Positions 1-11,400 of a DNA stretch of 64,000 nt are shown piece by piece. Numbering within the stretch: the stretch's first letter is position 1; each line of letters starts with the position of its first letter. The notes below the pieces were generated by a model. That model was not told the DNA's origin and did not search any database. It saw only the letters and a list, made by a program, of their open reading frames with translations. Location: the NCBI RefSeq assembly GCF_009914755.1, contig NC_060941.1; one strand, 5' to 3'. The position numbers were made by a program, and so were the translations under genes. The stretch is from the human T2T-CHM13v2.0 reference genome, Homo sapiens.

Positions 1-25
1 TGGATATTCGGACCTATTTTGAAGA

Positions 26-42
26 TTTCGTTGGAAACGGGA
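26..42 (+). promoter_or_regulatory. CENP-B box (canonical; repeated in each HOR, e.g. 2741-2757)
   Basis: TTTCGTTGGAAACGGGA matches the CENP-B consensus YTTCGTTGGAARCGGGA. Confidence 0.95.
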
Positions 43-538
43 GAATCTTCACAGGAAAGCTAAACAGAAGCATTCTCAGAAACTTCTTTGTGATGCTTGC
101 ATTCAACTCACAGAGTTGAACTTTCCTTTCGAGAGAGAAGCTTTGAAACACTCTTTTTCCAGAATCTGCAAGTGGACATTTGGAGGGCTTTGAGGCCTGT
201 GGTGGAAAAGGAATTATCTTCCCGTAAAAGCTAGATAGAAGCATTCTCAGAAACTACTTTGTGATGATTGCATTCAAGTCACAGAGTTGAACATTCCCTT
301 TGACAGAGCAGTTTGGAAACTCTCTTTGTGTAGAATCTGCAAGTGGAGATATGGACCGCTTTGAGGCCTATGGTAGTAAAGGAAATAGCTTCATATAAAA
401 GCTAGACAGTAGCATTCACAGAAAACTCTTGGTGACGACTGAGTTTAACTCACAGAGCTGAACATTCCTTTGGATGGAGCAGTTTCGAAACACACTATTT
501 GTAGAATGTGCAAGTGGATATTTAGGCCTCTCTGAGGA

Positions 539-555
539 TTTCGTTGGAAACGGGA
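539..555 (+). promoter_or_regulatory. CENP-B box (first of three in consecutive monomers; repeated in each HOR)
   Basis: TTTCGTTGGAAACGGGA. Confidence 0.95.
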
Positions 556-705
556 TAAACCGCACAGAACTAAACAGAAGCATTCTCAGAACCTTCTTCG
601 TGATGTTTGCATTCAACTCACAGTGTTGAACCTTTCTTTGATAGTTCAGGTTTGAAACGGTCTTTCTGTAGAAACTGCAAGTAGATATTTGGACCTCTCT
701 GAGGA

Positions 706-722
706 TTTCGTTGGAAACGGGA
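706..722 (+). promoter_or_regulatory. CENP-B box (second of three consecutive; repeated in each HOR)
   Basis: TTTCGTTGGAAACGGGA. Confidence 0.95.
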
Positions 723-873
723 TAACCCGCACAGAACTAAAACAGAAGCATTCTCAGAACCCTCTTCGTGATGTTTGCATTCAACTCACAGTGCTGAACC
801 TTTCTTTGATAGTTCAGCTTTGAAACACTCTTTTTGTAGAAACTGCAAGTGGATATTTGGTCCTCTCTGAGCA

Positions 874-890
874 TTTCGTTGGAAACGGGA
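874..890 (+). promoter_or_regulatory. CENP-B box (third of three consecutive; duplicated in the 17-mers, mutated in unit 21)
   Basis: TTTCGTTGGAAACGGGA. Confidence 0.95.
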
Positions 891-1210
891 TAAACTGCAC
901 AGAACTAAACAGAAGCATTCTCAGAACCTTCTTCGTGATGTCTGCATTCAACTCACAGTGTGGAACCTTTCTTTGATAGTTCAGGTTTGAAACACTCTTT
1001 TTGTAGAAACTGCAAGGGGATAATTGCACTCTTTGAGGAGTACCGTAGTAAAGGAAATAACTTCCTATAAAAAGAAGACAGAAGCTTTCTCAGAAAATTC
1101 TTTGGGATGATTGAGTTGAACTCACAGAGCTGAGCATTCCTTGCGATGTAGCAGTTTAGAAACACACTTTCTGCAGAATCTGCAAGTGCATATTTGGACC
1201 TCTGTGAGGA

Positions 1211-1227
1211 ATTCGTTGGAAACGGGA
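1211..1227 (+). promoter_or_regulatory. CENP-B box overlapping the HOR-defining EcoRI site (repeated in each HOR)
   Basis: ATTCGTTGGAAACGGGA keeps the essential core nTTCGnnnnAnnCGGGn. Confidence 0.9.
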
Positions 1228-1376
1228 TAATTTCAGCTGACTAAACAGAAGCAGTCTCAGAATCTTCTTTGTGATGTTTGCATTCAAATCCCCGAGTTGA
1301 ACTTTCCTTTCAAAGTTCACGTTTGAAACACTCTTTTTGCAGGATCTACAAGTGGATATTTGGACCACTCTGTGTC

Positions 1377-1393
1377 CTTCGTTCGAAACGGGT
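1377..1393 (+). promoter_or_regulatory. CENP-B box, variant form (repeated in each HOR)
   Basis: CTTCGTTCGAAACGGGT keeps the essential core TTCG-n4-A-n2-CGGG. Confidence 0.85.
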
Positions 1394-1547
1394 ATATCTT
1401 CACATGACATCTAGACAGAAGCATCCTCAGAAGCTTCTCTGTGATGACTGCATTCAACTCACGGAGTTGAACACTCCTTTTGAGAGCGCAGTTTTGAAAC
1501 TCTCTTTCTGTGGCATCTGCAAGGGGACACGTAGACCTCTTTGAAGA

Positions 1548-1564
1548 TTTCGTTGGAAACGGAA
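1548..1564 (+). promoter_or_regulatory. Degenerate CENP-B box (probably non-binding), fixed in all HOR copies
   Basis: TTTCGTTGGAAACGGAA has CGGA in place of the essential CGGG. Confidence 0.75.
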
Positions 1565-2060
1565 TCATCTTCACATAAAAACTATACAGATGCATTCTCA
1601 GGAACTTTTTGGTGATGTTTGTATTCAACTCCCAGAGTTGAACTTTCCTTTGGAAAGAGCAGCTATGAAACACTCTTTTTCTAGAATCTGCAAGTGGACG
1701 TTTGGAGGGCTTTGTGGTTTGTGGTGGAAAAGGAAATATCTTCACCTAAATACTAGATAGAAGCATTCTCAGAAACTGCTTTGTGATGATTGCATTCACC
1801 TCACAGAGTTGAACATTCCTATTGATAGAGCAGTTTGGAAACACTCTTGTTGTGGAATGTGCAAGTGGAGATTTGGAGCGCTTTGAGGCCTATGGTAGTA
1901 AAGGGAATAGCTTCATAGAAAAACTAGACAGAAGCATTCTCAGAAAATACTTTGTGATGATTGAGTTTAACTCACAGAGCTGAACATTCCTTTGGATGGA
2001 GCAGGTTTGAGACACACCTTTTGTAGAATCTACAAGTGGATATTTGGACCTCTCTGAGGA

Positions 2061-2077
2061 TTTCGTTGGAAACGGGA
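2061..2077 (+). promoter_or_regulatory. CENP-B box (canonical; repeated in each HOR)
   Basis: TTTCGTTGGAAACGGGA. Confidence 0.95.
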
Positions 2078-2226
2078 TAACTGCACCTAACTAAACGGAA
2101 GCATTCTCAGAAACTTCTTGGTGATGTTTGCATTCAAATCCCAGAGTTGAACCTTCCTTTGATAGTTCAGGTTTGAAACACTCTTTTTGTAGGATCTGCA
2201 AGTGGATATTTGGACCACTCTGTGGC

Positions 2227-2243
2227 CTTCGTTCGAAACGGGT
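2227..2243 (+). promoter_or_regulatory. CENP-B box, variant form (repeated in each HOR, mutated in unit 15)
   Basis: CTTCGTTCGAAACGGGT keeps the essential core. Confidence 0.85.
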
Positions 2244-2397
2244 ATATCTTCGCATAAAATCTAGACAGAAGCCTTCTCAGAAACTTCTCTGTGATGATTG
2301 CATTCAACTCACAGAGTTGAACCCTCCTATGGATAGAGCAGTGTTGAAACTCTCTTTTTGTGGAATCTGCAAGTGGATATGTGGACCTCTCCGAAGA

Positions 2398-2414
2398 TGT
2401 CTTTGGAAACGGGA
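2398..2414 (+). promoter_or_regulatory. Degenerate CENP-B box (5' TTCG lost), fixed in all HOR copies
   Basis: TGTCTTTGGAAACGGGA has the 3' half intact, but TTCG is replaced by GTCT. Confidence 0.75.
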
Positions 2415-2715
2415 ATATCTTCACATAAAAACTAAACAGAAGCATTCTCAGAAACTTCTCTGTGATGTTTGTGTTCAACTCCCAGAGTTTCACATTGCTT
2501 TTCATAGAGTAGTTCTGAAACATGCTTTTCGTAGTGTCTACAAGTGGACATTTGGAGCGCTTTCAGGCCTGTGGTGGAAAACGAATTATGGTCACATAAA
2601 AACTGGAGAGAAGCATTGTCAGAAACTTCTTTGTGATGATTGCATTCAACTCACAGAGTTGAAGGTTCCTTTTCAAAGAGCAGTTTCCAATCACTCTTTG
2701 TGTGGAATCTGCAAG

Positions 2716-5597
2716 TGGATATTTGGACCTATTTTGAAGATTTCGTTGGAAACGGGAGAATCTTCACAGGAAAGCTAAACAGAAGCATTCTCAGAAACTT
2801 CTTTGTGATGCTTGCATTCAACTCACAGAGTTGAACTTTCCTTTCGAGAGAGAAGCTTTGAAACACTCTTTTTCCAGAATCTGCAAGTGGACATTTGGAG
2901 GGCTTTGAGGCCTGTGGTGGAAAAGGAATTATCTTCCCGTAAAAGCTAGATAGAAGCATTCTCAGAAACTACTTTGTGATGATTGCATTCAAGTCACAGA
3001 GTTGAACATTCCCTTTGACAGAGCAGTTTGGAAACTCTCTTTGTGTAGAATCTGCAAGTGGAGATATGGACCGCTTTGAGGCCTATGGTAGTAAAGGAAA
3101 TAGCTTCATATAAAAGCTAGACAGTAGCATTCACAGAAAACTCTTGGTGACGACTGAGTTTAACTCACAGAGCTGAACATTCCTTTGGATGGAGCAGTTT
3201 CGAAACACACTATTTGTAGAATGTGCAAGTGGATATTTAGGCCTCTCTGAGGATTTCGTTGGAAACGGGATAAACCGCACAGAACTAAACAGAAGCATTC
3301 TCAGAACCTTCTTCGTGATGTTTGCATTCAACTCACAGTGTTGAACCTTTCTTTGATAGTTCAGGTTTGAAACGGTCTTTCTGTAGAAACTGCAAGTAGA
3401 TATTTGGACCTCTCTGAGGATTTCGTTGGAAACGGGATAACCCGCACAGAACTAAAACAGAAGCATTCTCAGAACCCTCTTCGTGATGTTTGCATTCAAC
3501 TCACAGTGCTGAACCTTTCTTTGATAGTTCAGCTTTGAAACACTCTTTTTGTAGAAACTGCAAGTGGATATTTGGTCCTCTCTGAGCATTTCGTTGGAAA
3601 CGGGATAAACTGCACAGAACTAAACAGAAGCATTCTCAGAACCTTCTTCGTGATGTCTGCATTCAACTCACAGTGCTGAACCTTTCTTTGATAGTTCAGC
3701 TTTGAAACACTCTTTTTGTAGAAACTGCAAGTGGATATTTGGTCCTCTCTGAGCATTTCGTTGGAAACGGGATAAACTGCACAGAACTAAACAGAAGCAT
3801 TCTCAGAACCTTCTTCGTGATGTCTGCATTCAACTCACAGTGTGGAACCTTTCTTTGATAGTTCAGGTTTGAAACACTCTTTTTGTAGAAACTGCAAGGG
3901 GATAATTGCACTCTTTGAGGAGTACCGTAGTAAAGGAAATAACTTCCTATAAAAAGAAGACAGAAGCTTTCTCAGAAAATTCTTTGGGATGATTGAGTTG
4001 AACTCACAGAGCTGAGCATTCCTTGCGATGTAGCAGTTTAGAAACACACTTTCTGCAGAATCTGCAAGTGCATATTTGGACCTCTGTGAGGAATTCGTTG
4101 GAAACGGGATAATTTCAGCTGACTAAACAGAAGCAGTCTCAGAATCTTCTTTGTGATGTTTGCATTCAAATCCCCGAGTTGAACTTTCCTTTCAAAGTTC
4201 ACGTTTGAAACACTCTTTTTGCAGGATCTACAAGTGGATATTTGGACCACTCTGTGTCCTTCGTTCGAAACGGGTATATCTTCACATGACATCTAGACAG
4301 AAGCATCCTCAGAAGCTTCTCTGTGATGACTGCATTCAACTCACGGAGTTGAACACTCCTTTTGAGAGCGCAGTTTTGAAACTCTCTTTCTGTGGCATCT
4401 GCAAGGGGACATGTAGACCTCTTTGAAGATTTCGTTGGAAACGGAATCATCTTCACATAAAAACTATACAGATGCATTCTCAGGAACTTTTTGGTGATGT
4501 TTGTATTCAACTCCCAGAGTTGAACTTTCCTTTGGAAAGAGCAGCTATGAAACACTGTTTTTCTAGAATCTGCAAGTGGACGTTTGGAGGGCTTTGTGGT
4601 TTGTGGTGGAAAAGGAAATATCTTCACCTAAATACTAGATAGAAGCATTCTCAGAAACTGCTTTGTGATGATTGCATTCACCTCACAGAGTTGAACATTC
4701 CTATTGATAGAGCAGTTTGGAAACACTCTTGTTGTGGAATGTGCAAGTGGAGATTTGGAGCGCTTTGAGGCCTATGGTAGTAAAGGGAATAGCTTCATAG
4801 AAAAACTAGACAGAAGCATTCTCAGAAAATACTTTGTGATGATTGAGTTTAACTCACAGAGCTGAACATTCCTTTGGATGGAGCAGGTTTGAGACACACC
4901 TTTTGTAGAATCTACAAGTGGATATTTGGACCTCTCTGAGGATTTCGTTGGAAACGGGATAACTGCACCTAACTAAACGGAAGCATTCTCAGAAACTTCT
5001 TGGTGATGTTTGCATTCAAATCCCAGAGTTGAACCTTCCTTTGATAGTTCAGGTTTGAAACACTCTTTTTGTAGGATCTGCAAGTGGATATTTGGACCAC
5101 TCTGTGGCCTTCGTTCGAAACGGGTATATCTTCGCATAAAATCTAGACAGAAGTCTTCTCAGAAACTTCTCTGTGATGATTGCATTCAACTCACAGAGTT
5201 GAACCCTCCTATGGATAGAGCAGTGTTGAAACTCTCTTTTTGTGGAATCTGCAAGTGGATATGTGGACCTCTCCGAAGATGTCTTTGGAAACGGGAATAT
5301 CTTCACATAAAAACTAAACAGAAGCATTCTCAGAAACTTCTCTGTGATGTTTGTGTTCAACTCCCAGAGTTTCACATTGCTTTTCATAGAGTAGTTCTGA
5401 AACATGCTTTTCGTAGTGTCTACAAGTGGACATTTGGAGCGCTTTCAGGCCTGTGGTGGAAAACGAATTATGGTCACATAAAAACTGGAGAGAAGCATTG
5501 TCAGAAACTTCTTTGTGATGATTGCATTCAACTCACAGAGTTGAAGGTTCCTTTTCAAAGAGCAGTTTCCAATCACTCTTTGTGTGGAATCTGCAAG
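2716..5597 (+). repeat. 17-mer variant HOR (2882 bp), unit 2
   Basis: The ORF spacing 2729 to 5611 is 2882 = 2715+167. The extra monomer arises from a tandem duplication at 3491-3842. Confidence 0.95.
3491..3842 (+). repeat. Exact 167-bp tandem duplication inside the HOR (also at 6373-6724 and 14685-15036)
   Basis: 3491-3657 is repeated as 3658-3824 and followed by the shared 18-mer TGCATTCAACTCACAGTG. Confidence 0.93.
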
Positions 5598-8479
5598 TGG
5601 ATATTTGGACCTATTTTGAAGATTTCGTTGGAAACGGGAGAATCTTCACAGGAAAGCTAAACAGAAGCATTCTCAGAAACTTCTTTGTGATGCTTGCATT
5701 CAACTCACAGAGTTGAACTTTCCTTTCGAGAGAGAAGCTTTGAAACACTCTTTTTCCAGAATCTGCAAGTGGACATTTGGAGGGCTTTGAGGCCTGTGGT
5801 GGAAAAGGAATTATCTTCCCGTAAAAGCTAGATAGAAGCATTCTCAGAAACTACTTTGTGATGATTGCATTCAAGTCACAGAGTTGAACATTCCTTTTGA
5901 CAGAGCAGTTTGGAAACTCTCTTTGTGTAGAAACTGCAAGTGGAGATATGGACCGCTTTGAGGCCTATGGTAGTAAAGGAAATAGCTTCATATAAAAGCT
6001 AGACAGTAGCATTCACAGAAAACTCTTGGTGACGACTGAGTTTAACTCACAGAGCTGAACATTCCTTTGGATGGAGCAGTTTCGAAACACACTATTTGTA
6101 GAATGTGCAAGTGGATATTTAGGCCTCTCTGAGGATTTCGTTGGAAACGGGATAAACCGCACAGAACTAAACAGAAGCATTCTCAGAACCTTCTTCGTGA
6201 TGTTTGCATTCAACTCACAGTGTTGAACCTTTCTTTGATAGTTCAGGTTTGAAACGGTCTTTCTGTAGAAACTGCAAGTAGATATTTGGACCTCTCTGAG
6301 GATTTCGTTGGAAACGGGATAACCCGCACAGAACTAAAACAGAAGCATTCTCAGAACCCTCTTCGTGATGTTTGCATTCAACTCACAGTGCTGAACCTTT
6401 CTTTGATAGTTCAGCTTTGAAACACTCTTTTTGTAGAAACTGCAAGTGGATATTTGGTCCTCTCTGAGCATTTCGTTGGAAACGGGATAAACTGCACAGA
6501 ACTAAACAGAAGCATTCTCAGAACCTTCTTCGTGATGTCTGCATTCAACTCACAGTGCTGAACCTTTCTTTGATAGTTCAGCTTTGAAACACTCTTTTTG
6601 TAGAAACTGCAAGTGGATATTTGGTCCTCTCTGAGCATTTCGTTGGAAACGGGATAAACTGCACAGAACTAAACAGAAGCATTCTCAGAACCTTCTTCGT
6701 GATGTCTGCATTCAACTCACAGTGTGGAACCTTTCTTTGATAGTTCAGGTTTGAAACACTCTTTTTGTAGAAACTGCAAGGGGATAATTGCACTCTTTGA
6801 GGAGTACCGTAGTAAAGGAAATAACTTCCTATAAAAAGAAGACAGAAGCTTTCTCAGAAAATTCTTTGGGATGATTGAGTTGAACTCACAGAGCTGAGCA
6901 TTCCTTGCGATGTTGCAGTTTAGAAACACACTTTCTGCAGAATCTGCAAGTGCATATTTGGACCTCTGTGAGGAATTCGTTGGAAACGGGATAATTTCAG
7001 CTGACTAAACAGAAGCAGTCTCAGAATCTTCTTTGTGATGTTTGCATTCAAATCCCCGAGTTGAACTTTCCTTTCAAAGTTCACGTTTGAAACACTCTTT
7101 TTGCAGGATCTACAAGTGGATATTTGGACCACTCTGTGTCCTTCGTTCGAAACGGGTATATCTTCACATGACATCTAGACAGAAGCATCCTCAGAAGCTT
7201 CTCTGTGATGACTGCATTCAACTCACGGAGTTGAACACTCCTTTTGAGAGCGCAGTTTTGAAACTCTCTTTCTGTGGCATCTGCAAGGGGACATGTAGAC
7301 CTCTTTGAAGATTTCGTTGGAAACGGAATCATCTTCACATAAAAACTATACAGATGCATTCTCAGGAACTTTTTGGTGATGTTTGTATTCAACTCCCAGA
7401 GTTGAACTTTCCTTTGGAAAGAGCAGCTATGAAACACTGTTTTTCTAGAATCTGCAAGTGGACGTTTGGAGGGCTTTGTGGTTTGTGGTGGAAAAGGAAA
7501 TATCTTCACCTAAATACTAGATAGAAGCATTCTCAGAAACTGCTTTGTGATGATTGCATTCACCTCACAGAGTTGAACATTCCTATTGATAGAGCAGTTT
7601 GGAAACACTCTTGTTGTGGAATGTGCAAGTGGAGATTTGGAGCGCTTTGAGGCCTATGGTAGTAAAGGGAATAGCTTCATAGAAAAACTAGACAGAAGCA
7701 TTCTCAGAAAATACTTTGTGATGATTGAGTTTAACTCACAGAGCTGAACATTCCTTTGGATGGAGCAGGTTTGAGACACACCTTTTGTAGAATCTACAAG
7801 TGGATATTTGGACCTCTCTGAGGATTTCGTTGGAAACGGGATAACTGCACCTAACTAAACGGAAGCATTCTCAGAAACTTCTTGGTGATGTTTGCATTCA
7901 AATCCCAGAGTTGAACCTTCCTTTGATAGTTCAGGTTTGAAACACTCTTTTTGTAGGATCTGCAAGTGGATATTTGGACCACTCTGTGGCCTTCGTTCGA
8001 AACGGGTATATCTTCGCATAAAATCTAGACAGAAGCCTTCTCAGAAACTTCTCTGTGATGATTGCATTCAACTCACAGAGTTGAACCCTCCTATGGATAG
8101 AGCAGTGTTGAAACTCTCTTTTTGTGGAATCTGCAAGTGGATATGTGGACCTCTCCGAAGATGTCTTTGGAAACGGGAATATCTTCACATAAAAACTAAA
8201 CAGAAGCATTCTCAGAAACTTCTCTGTGATGTTTGTGTTCAACTCCCAGAGTTTCACATTGCTTTTCATAGAGTAGTTCTGAAACATGCTTTTCGTAGTG
8301 TCTACAAGTGGACATTTGGAGCGCTTTCAGGCCTGTGGTGGAAAACGAATTATGGTCACATAAAAACTGGAGAGAAGCATTGTCAGAAACTTCTTTGTGA
8401 TGATTGCATTCAACTCACAGAGTTGAAGGTTCCTTTTCAAAGAGCAGTTTCCAATCACTCTTTGTGTGGAATCTGCAAG
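5598..8479 (+). repeat. 17-mer variant HOR (2882 bp), unit 3
   Basis: The ORF spacing 5611 to 8493 is 2882, with the same 167-bp duplication at 6373-6724. Confidence 0.95.
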
Positions 8480-11400
8480 TGGATATTTGGACCTATTTTG
8501 AAGATTTCGTTGGAAACGGGAGAATCTTCACAGGAAAGCTAAACAGAAGCATTCTCAGAAACTTCTTTGTGATGCTTGCATTCAACTCACAGAGTTGAAC
8601 TTTCCTTTCGAGAGAGAAGCTTTGAAACACTCTTTTTCCAGAATCTGCAAGTGGACATTTGGAGGGCTTTGAGGCCTGTGGTGGAAAAGGAATTATCTTC
8701 CCGTAAAAGCTAGATAGAAGCATTCTCAGAAACTACTTTGTGATGATTGCATTCAAGTCACAGAGTTGAACATTCCCTTTGACAGAGCAGTTTGGAAACT
8801 CTCTTTGTGTAGAATCTGCAAGTGGAGATATGGACCGCTTTGAGGCCTATGGTAGTAAAGGAAATAGCTTCATATAAAAGCTAGACAGTAGCATTCACAG
8901 AAAACTCTTGGTGACGACTGAGTTTAACTCACAGAGCTGAACATTCCTTTGGATGGAGCAGTTTCGAAACACACTATTTGTAGAATGTGCAAGTGGATAT
9001 TTAGGCCTCTCTGAGGATTTCGTTGGAAACGGGATAAACCGCACAGAACTAAACAGAAGCATTCTCAGAACCTTCTTCGTGATGTTTGCATTCAACTCAC
9101 AGTGTTGAACCTTTCTTTGATAGTTCAGGTTTGAAACGGTCTTTCTGTAGAAACTGCAAGTAGATATTTGGACCTCTCTGAGGATTTCGTTGGAAACGGG
9201 ATAACCCGCACAGAACTAAAACAGAAGCATTCTCAGAACCCTCTTCGTGATGTTTGCATTCAACTCACAGTGCTGAACCTTTCTTTGATAGTTCAGCTTT
9301 GAAACACTCTTTTTGTAGAAACTGCAAGTGGATATTTGGTCCTCTCTGAGCATTTCGTTGGAAACGGGATAAACTGCACAGAACTAAACAGAAGCATTCT
9401 CAGAACCTTCTTCGTGATGTCTGCATTCAACTCACAGTGTGGAACCTTTCTTTGATAGTTCAGGTTTGAAACACTCTTTTTGTAGAAACTGCAAGGGGAT
9501 AATTGCACTCTTTGAGGAGTACCGTAGTAAAGGAAATAACTTCCTATAAAAAGAAGACAGAAGCTTTCTCAGAAAATTCTTTGGGATGATTGAGTTGAAC
9601 TCACAGAGCTGAGCATTCCTTGCGATGTAGCAGTTTAGAAACACACTTTCTGCAGAATCTGCAAGTGCATATTTGGACCTCTGTGAGGAATTCGTTGGAA
9701 ACGGGATAATTTCAGCTGACTAAACAGAAGCAGTCTCAGAATCTTCTTTGTGATGTTTGCATTCAAATCCCCGAGTTGAACTTTCCTTTCAAAGTTCACG
9801 TTTGAAACACTCTTTTTGCAGGATCTACAAGTGGATATTTGGACCACTCTGTGTCCTTCGTTCGAAACGGGTATATCTTCACATGACATCTAGACAGAAG
9901 CATCCTCAGAAGCTTCTCTGTGATGACTGCATTCAACTCACGGAGTTGAACACTCCTTTTGAGAGCGCAGTTTTGAAACTCTCTTTCTGTGGCATCTGCA
10001 AGGGGACATGTAGACCTCTTTGAAGATTTCGTTGGAAACGGAATCATCTTCACATAAAAACTATACAGATGCATTCTCAGGAACTTTTTGGTGATGTTTG
10101 TATTCAACTCCCAGAGTTGAACTTTCCTTTGGAAAGAGCAGCTATGAAACACTCTTTTTCTAGAATCTGCAAGTGGACGTTTGGAGGGCTTTGTGGTTTG
10201 TGGTGGAAAAGGAAATATCTTCACCTAAATACTAGATAGAAGCATTCTCAGAAACTGCTTTGTGATGATTGCATTCACCTCACAGAGTTGAACATTCCTA
10301 TTGATAGAGCAGTTTGGAAACACTCTTGTTGTGGAATGTGCAAGTGGAGATTTGGAGCGCTTTGAGGCCTATGGTAGTAAAGGGAATAGCTTCATAGAAA
10401 AACTAGACAGAAGCATTCTCAGAAAATACTTTGTGATGATTGAGTTTAACTCACAGAGCTGAACATTCCTTTGGATGGAGCAGGTTTGAGACACACCTTT
10501 TGTAGAATCTACAAGTGGATATTTGGACCTCTCTGAGGATTTCGTTGGAAACGGGATAACTGCACCTAACTAAACGGAAGCATTCTCAGAAACTTCTTGG
10601 TGATGTTTGCATTCAAATCCCAGAGTTGAACCTTCCTTTGATAGTTCAGGTTTGAAACACTCTTTTTGTAGGATCTGCAAGTGGATATTTGGACCACTCT
10701 GTGGCCTTCGTTCGAAACGGGTATATCTTCGCATAAAATCTAGACAGAAGCCTTCTCAGAAACTTCTCTGTGATGATTGCATTCAACTCACAGAGTTGAA
10801 CCCTCCTATGGATAGAGCAGTGTTGAAACTCTCTTTTTGTGGAATCTGCAAGTGGATATGTGGACCTCTCCGAAGATGTCTTTGGAAACGGGAATATCTT
10901 CACATAAAAACTAAACAGAAGCATTCTCAGAAACTTCTCTGTGATGTTTGTGTTCAACTCCCAGAGTTTCACATTGCTTTTCATAGAGTAGTTCTGAAAC
11001 ATGCTTTTCGTAGTGTCTACAAGTGGACATTTGGAGCGCTTTCAGGCCTGTGGTGGAAAACGAATTATGGTCACATAAAAACTGGAGAGAAGCATTGTCA
11101 GAAACTTCTTTGTGATGATTGCATTCAACTCACAGAGTTGAAGGTTCCTTTTCAAAGAGCAGTTTCCAATCACTCTTTGTGTGGAATCTGCAAGTGGATA
11201 TTTGGACCTATTTTGAAGATTTCGTTGGAAACGGGAGAATCTTCACAGGAAAGCTAAACAGAAGCATTCTCAGAAACTTCTTTGTGATGCTTGCATTCAA
11301 CTCACAGAGTTGAACTTTCCTTTCGAGAGAGAAGCTTTGAAACACTCTTTTTCCAGAATCTGCAAGTGGACATTTGGAGGGCTTTGAGGCCTGTGGTGGA

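Larger units (their letters stand above)
71..2785 (+). repeat. Representative canonical 16-mer HOR unit
   Basis: Monomer starts (CATT-like motif) at 71, 242, 413, 581, 749, 916, 1085, 1252, 1422, 1593, 1764, 1935, 2102, 2272, 2443 and 2614; the next unit resumes at 2786. That is 16 monomers of 167-172 bp summing to 2715 bp. Confidence 0.95.

Noticed and set aside
483-490. Short palindromes such as TTTCGAAA, TTCGAA and AAGCTT as possible cruciform or terminator signals
   Set aside because: They are 6-8 bp, as expected by chance in AT-rich DNA, and I saw no long inverted repeat or strand switch.
26-2757. Regularly spaced conserved 17-bp motif resembling a CRISPR repeat-spacer array
   Set aside because: The motif is the CENP-B box. 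The intervening sequences are homologous monomers of 150 bp or more rather than unique spacers, and no cas genes are present.
2128-2778. 216-aa + strand ORF repeated in every HOR (Cys/His/Lys-rich, superficially zinc-finger-like)
   Set aside because: It is simply a stop-free translation of about four alpha-satellite monomers, with internal ~57-aa periodicity equal to 171 bp. It has no real C2H2 spacing or gene context, and it is conserved only because the DNA repeat is homogenised.
3529-3756. Novel 75-aa ORF (MLREDQ...) found only in units 2, 3 and 6
   Set aside because: It is a by-product of the 167-bp duplication junction, useful as a marker of the 17-mer but not a gene.
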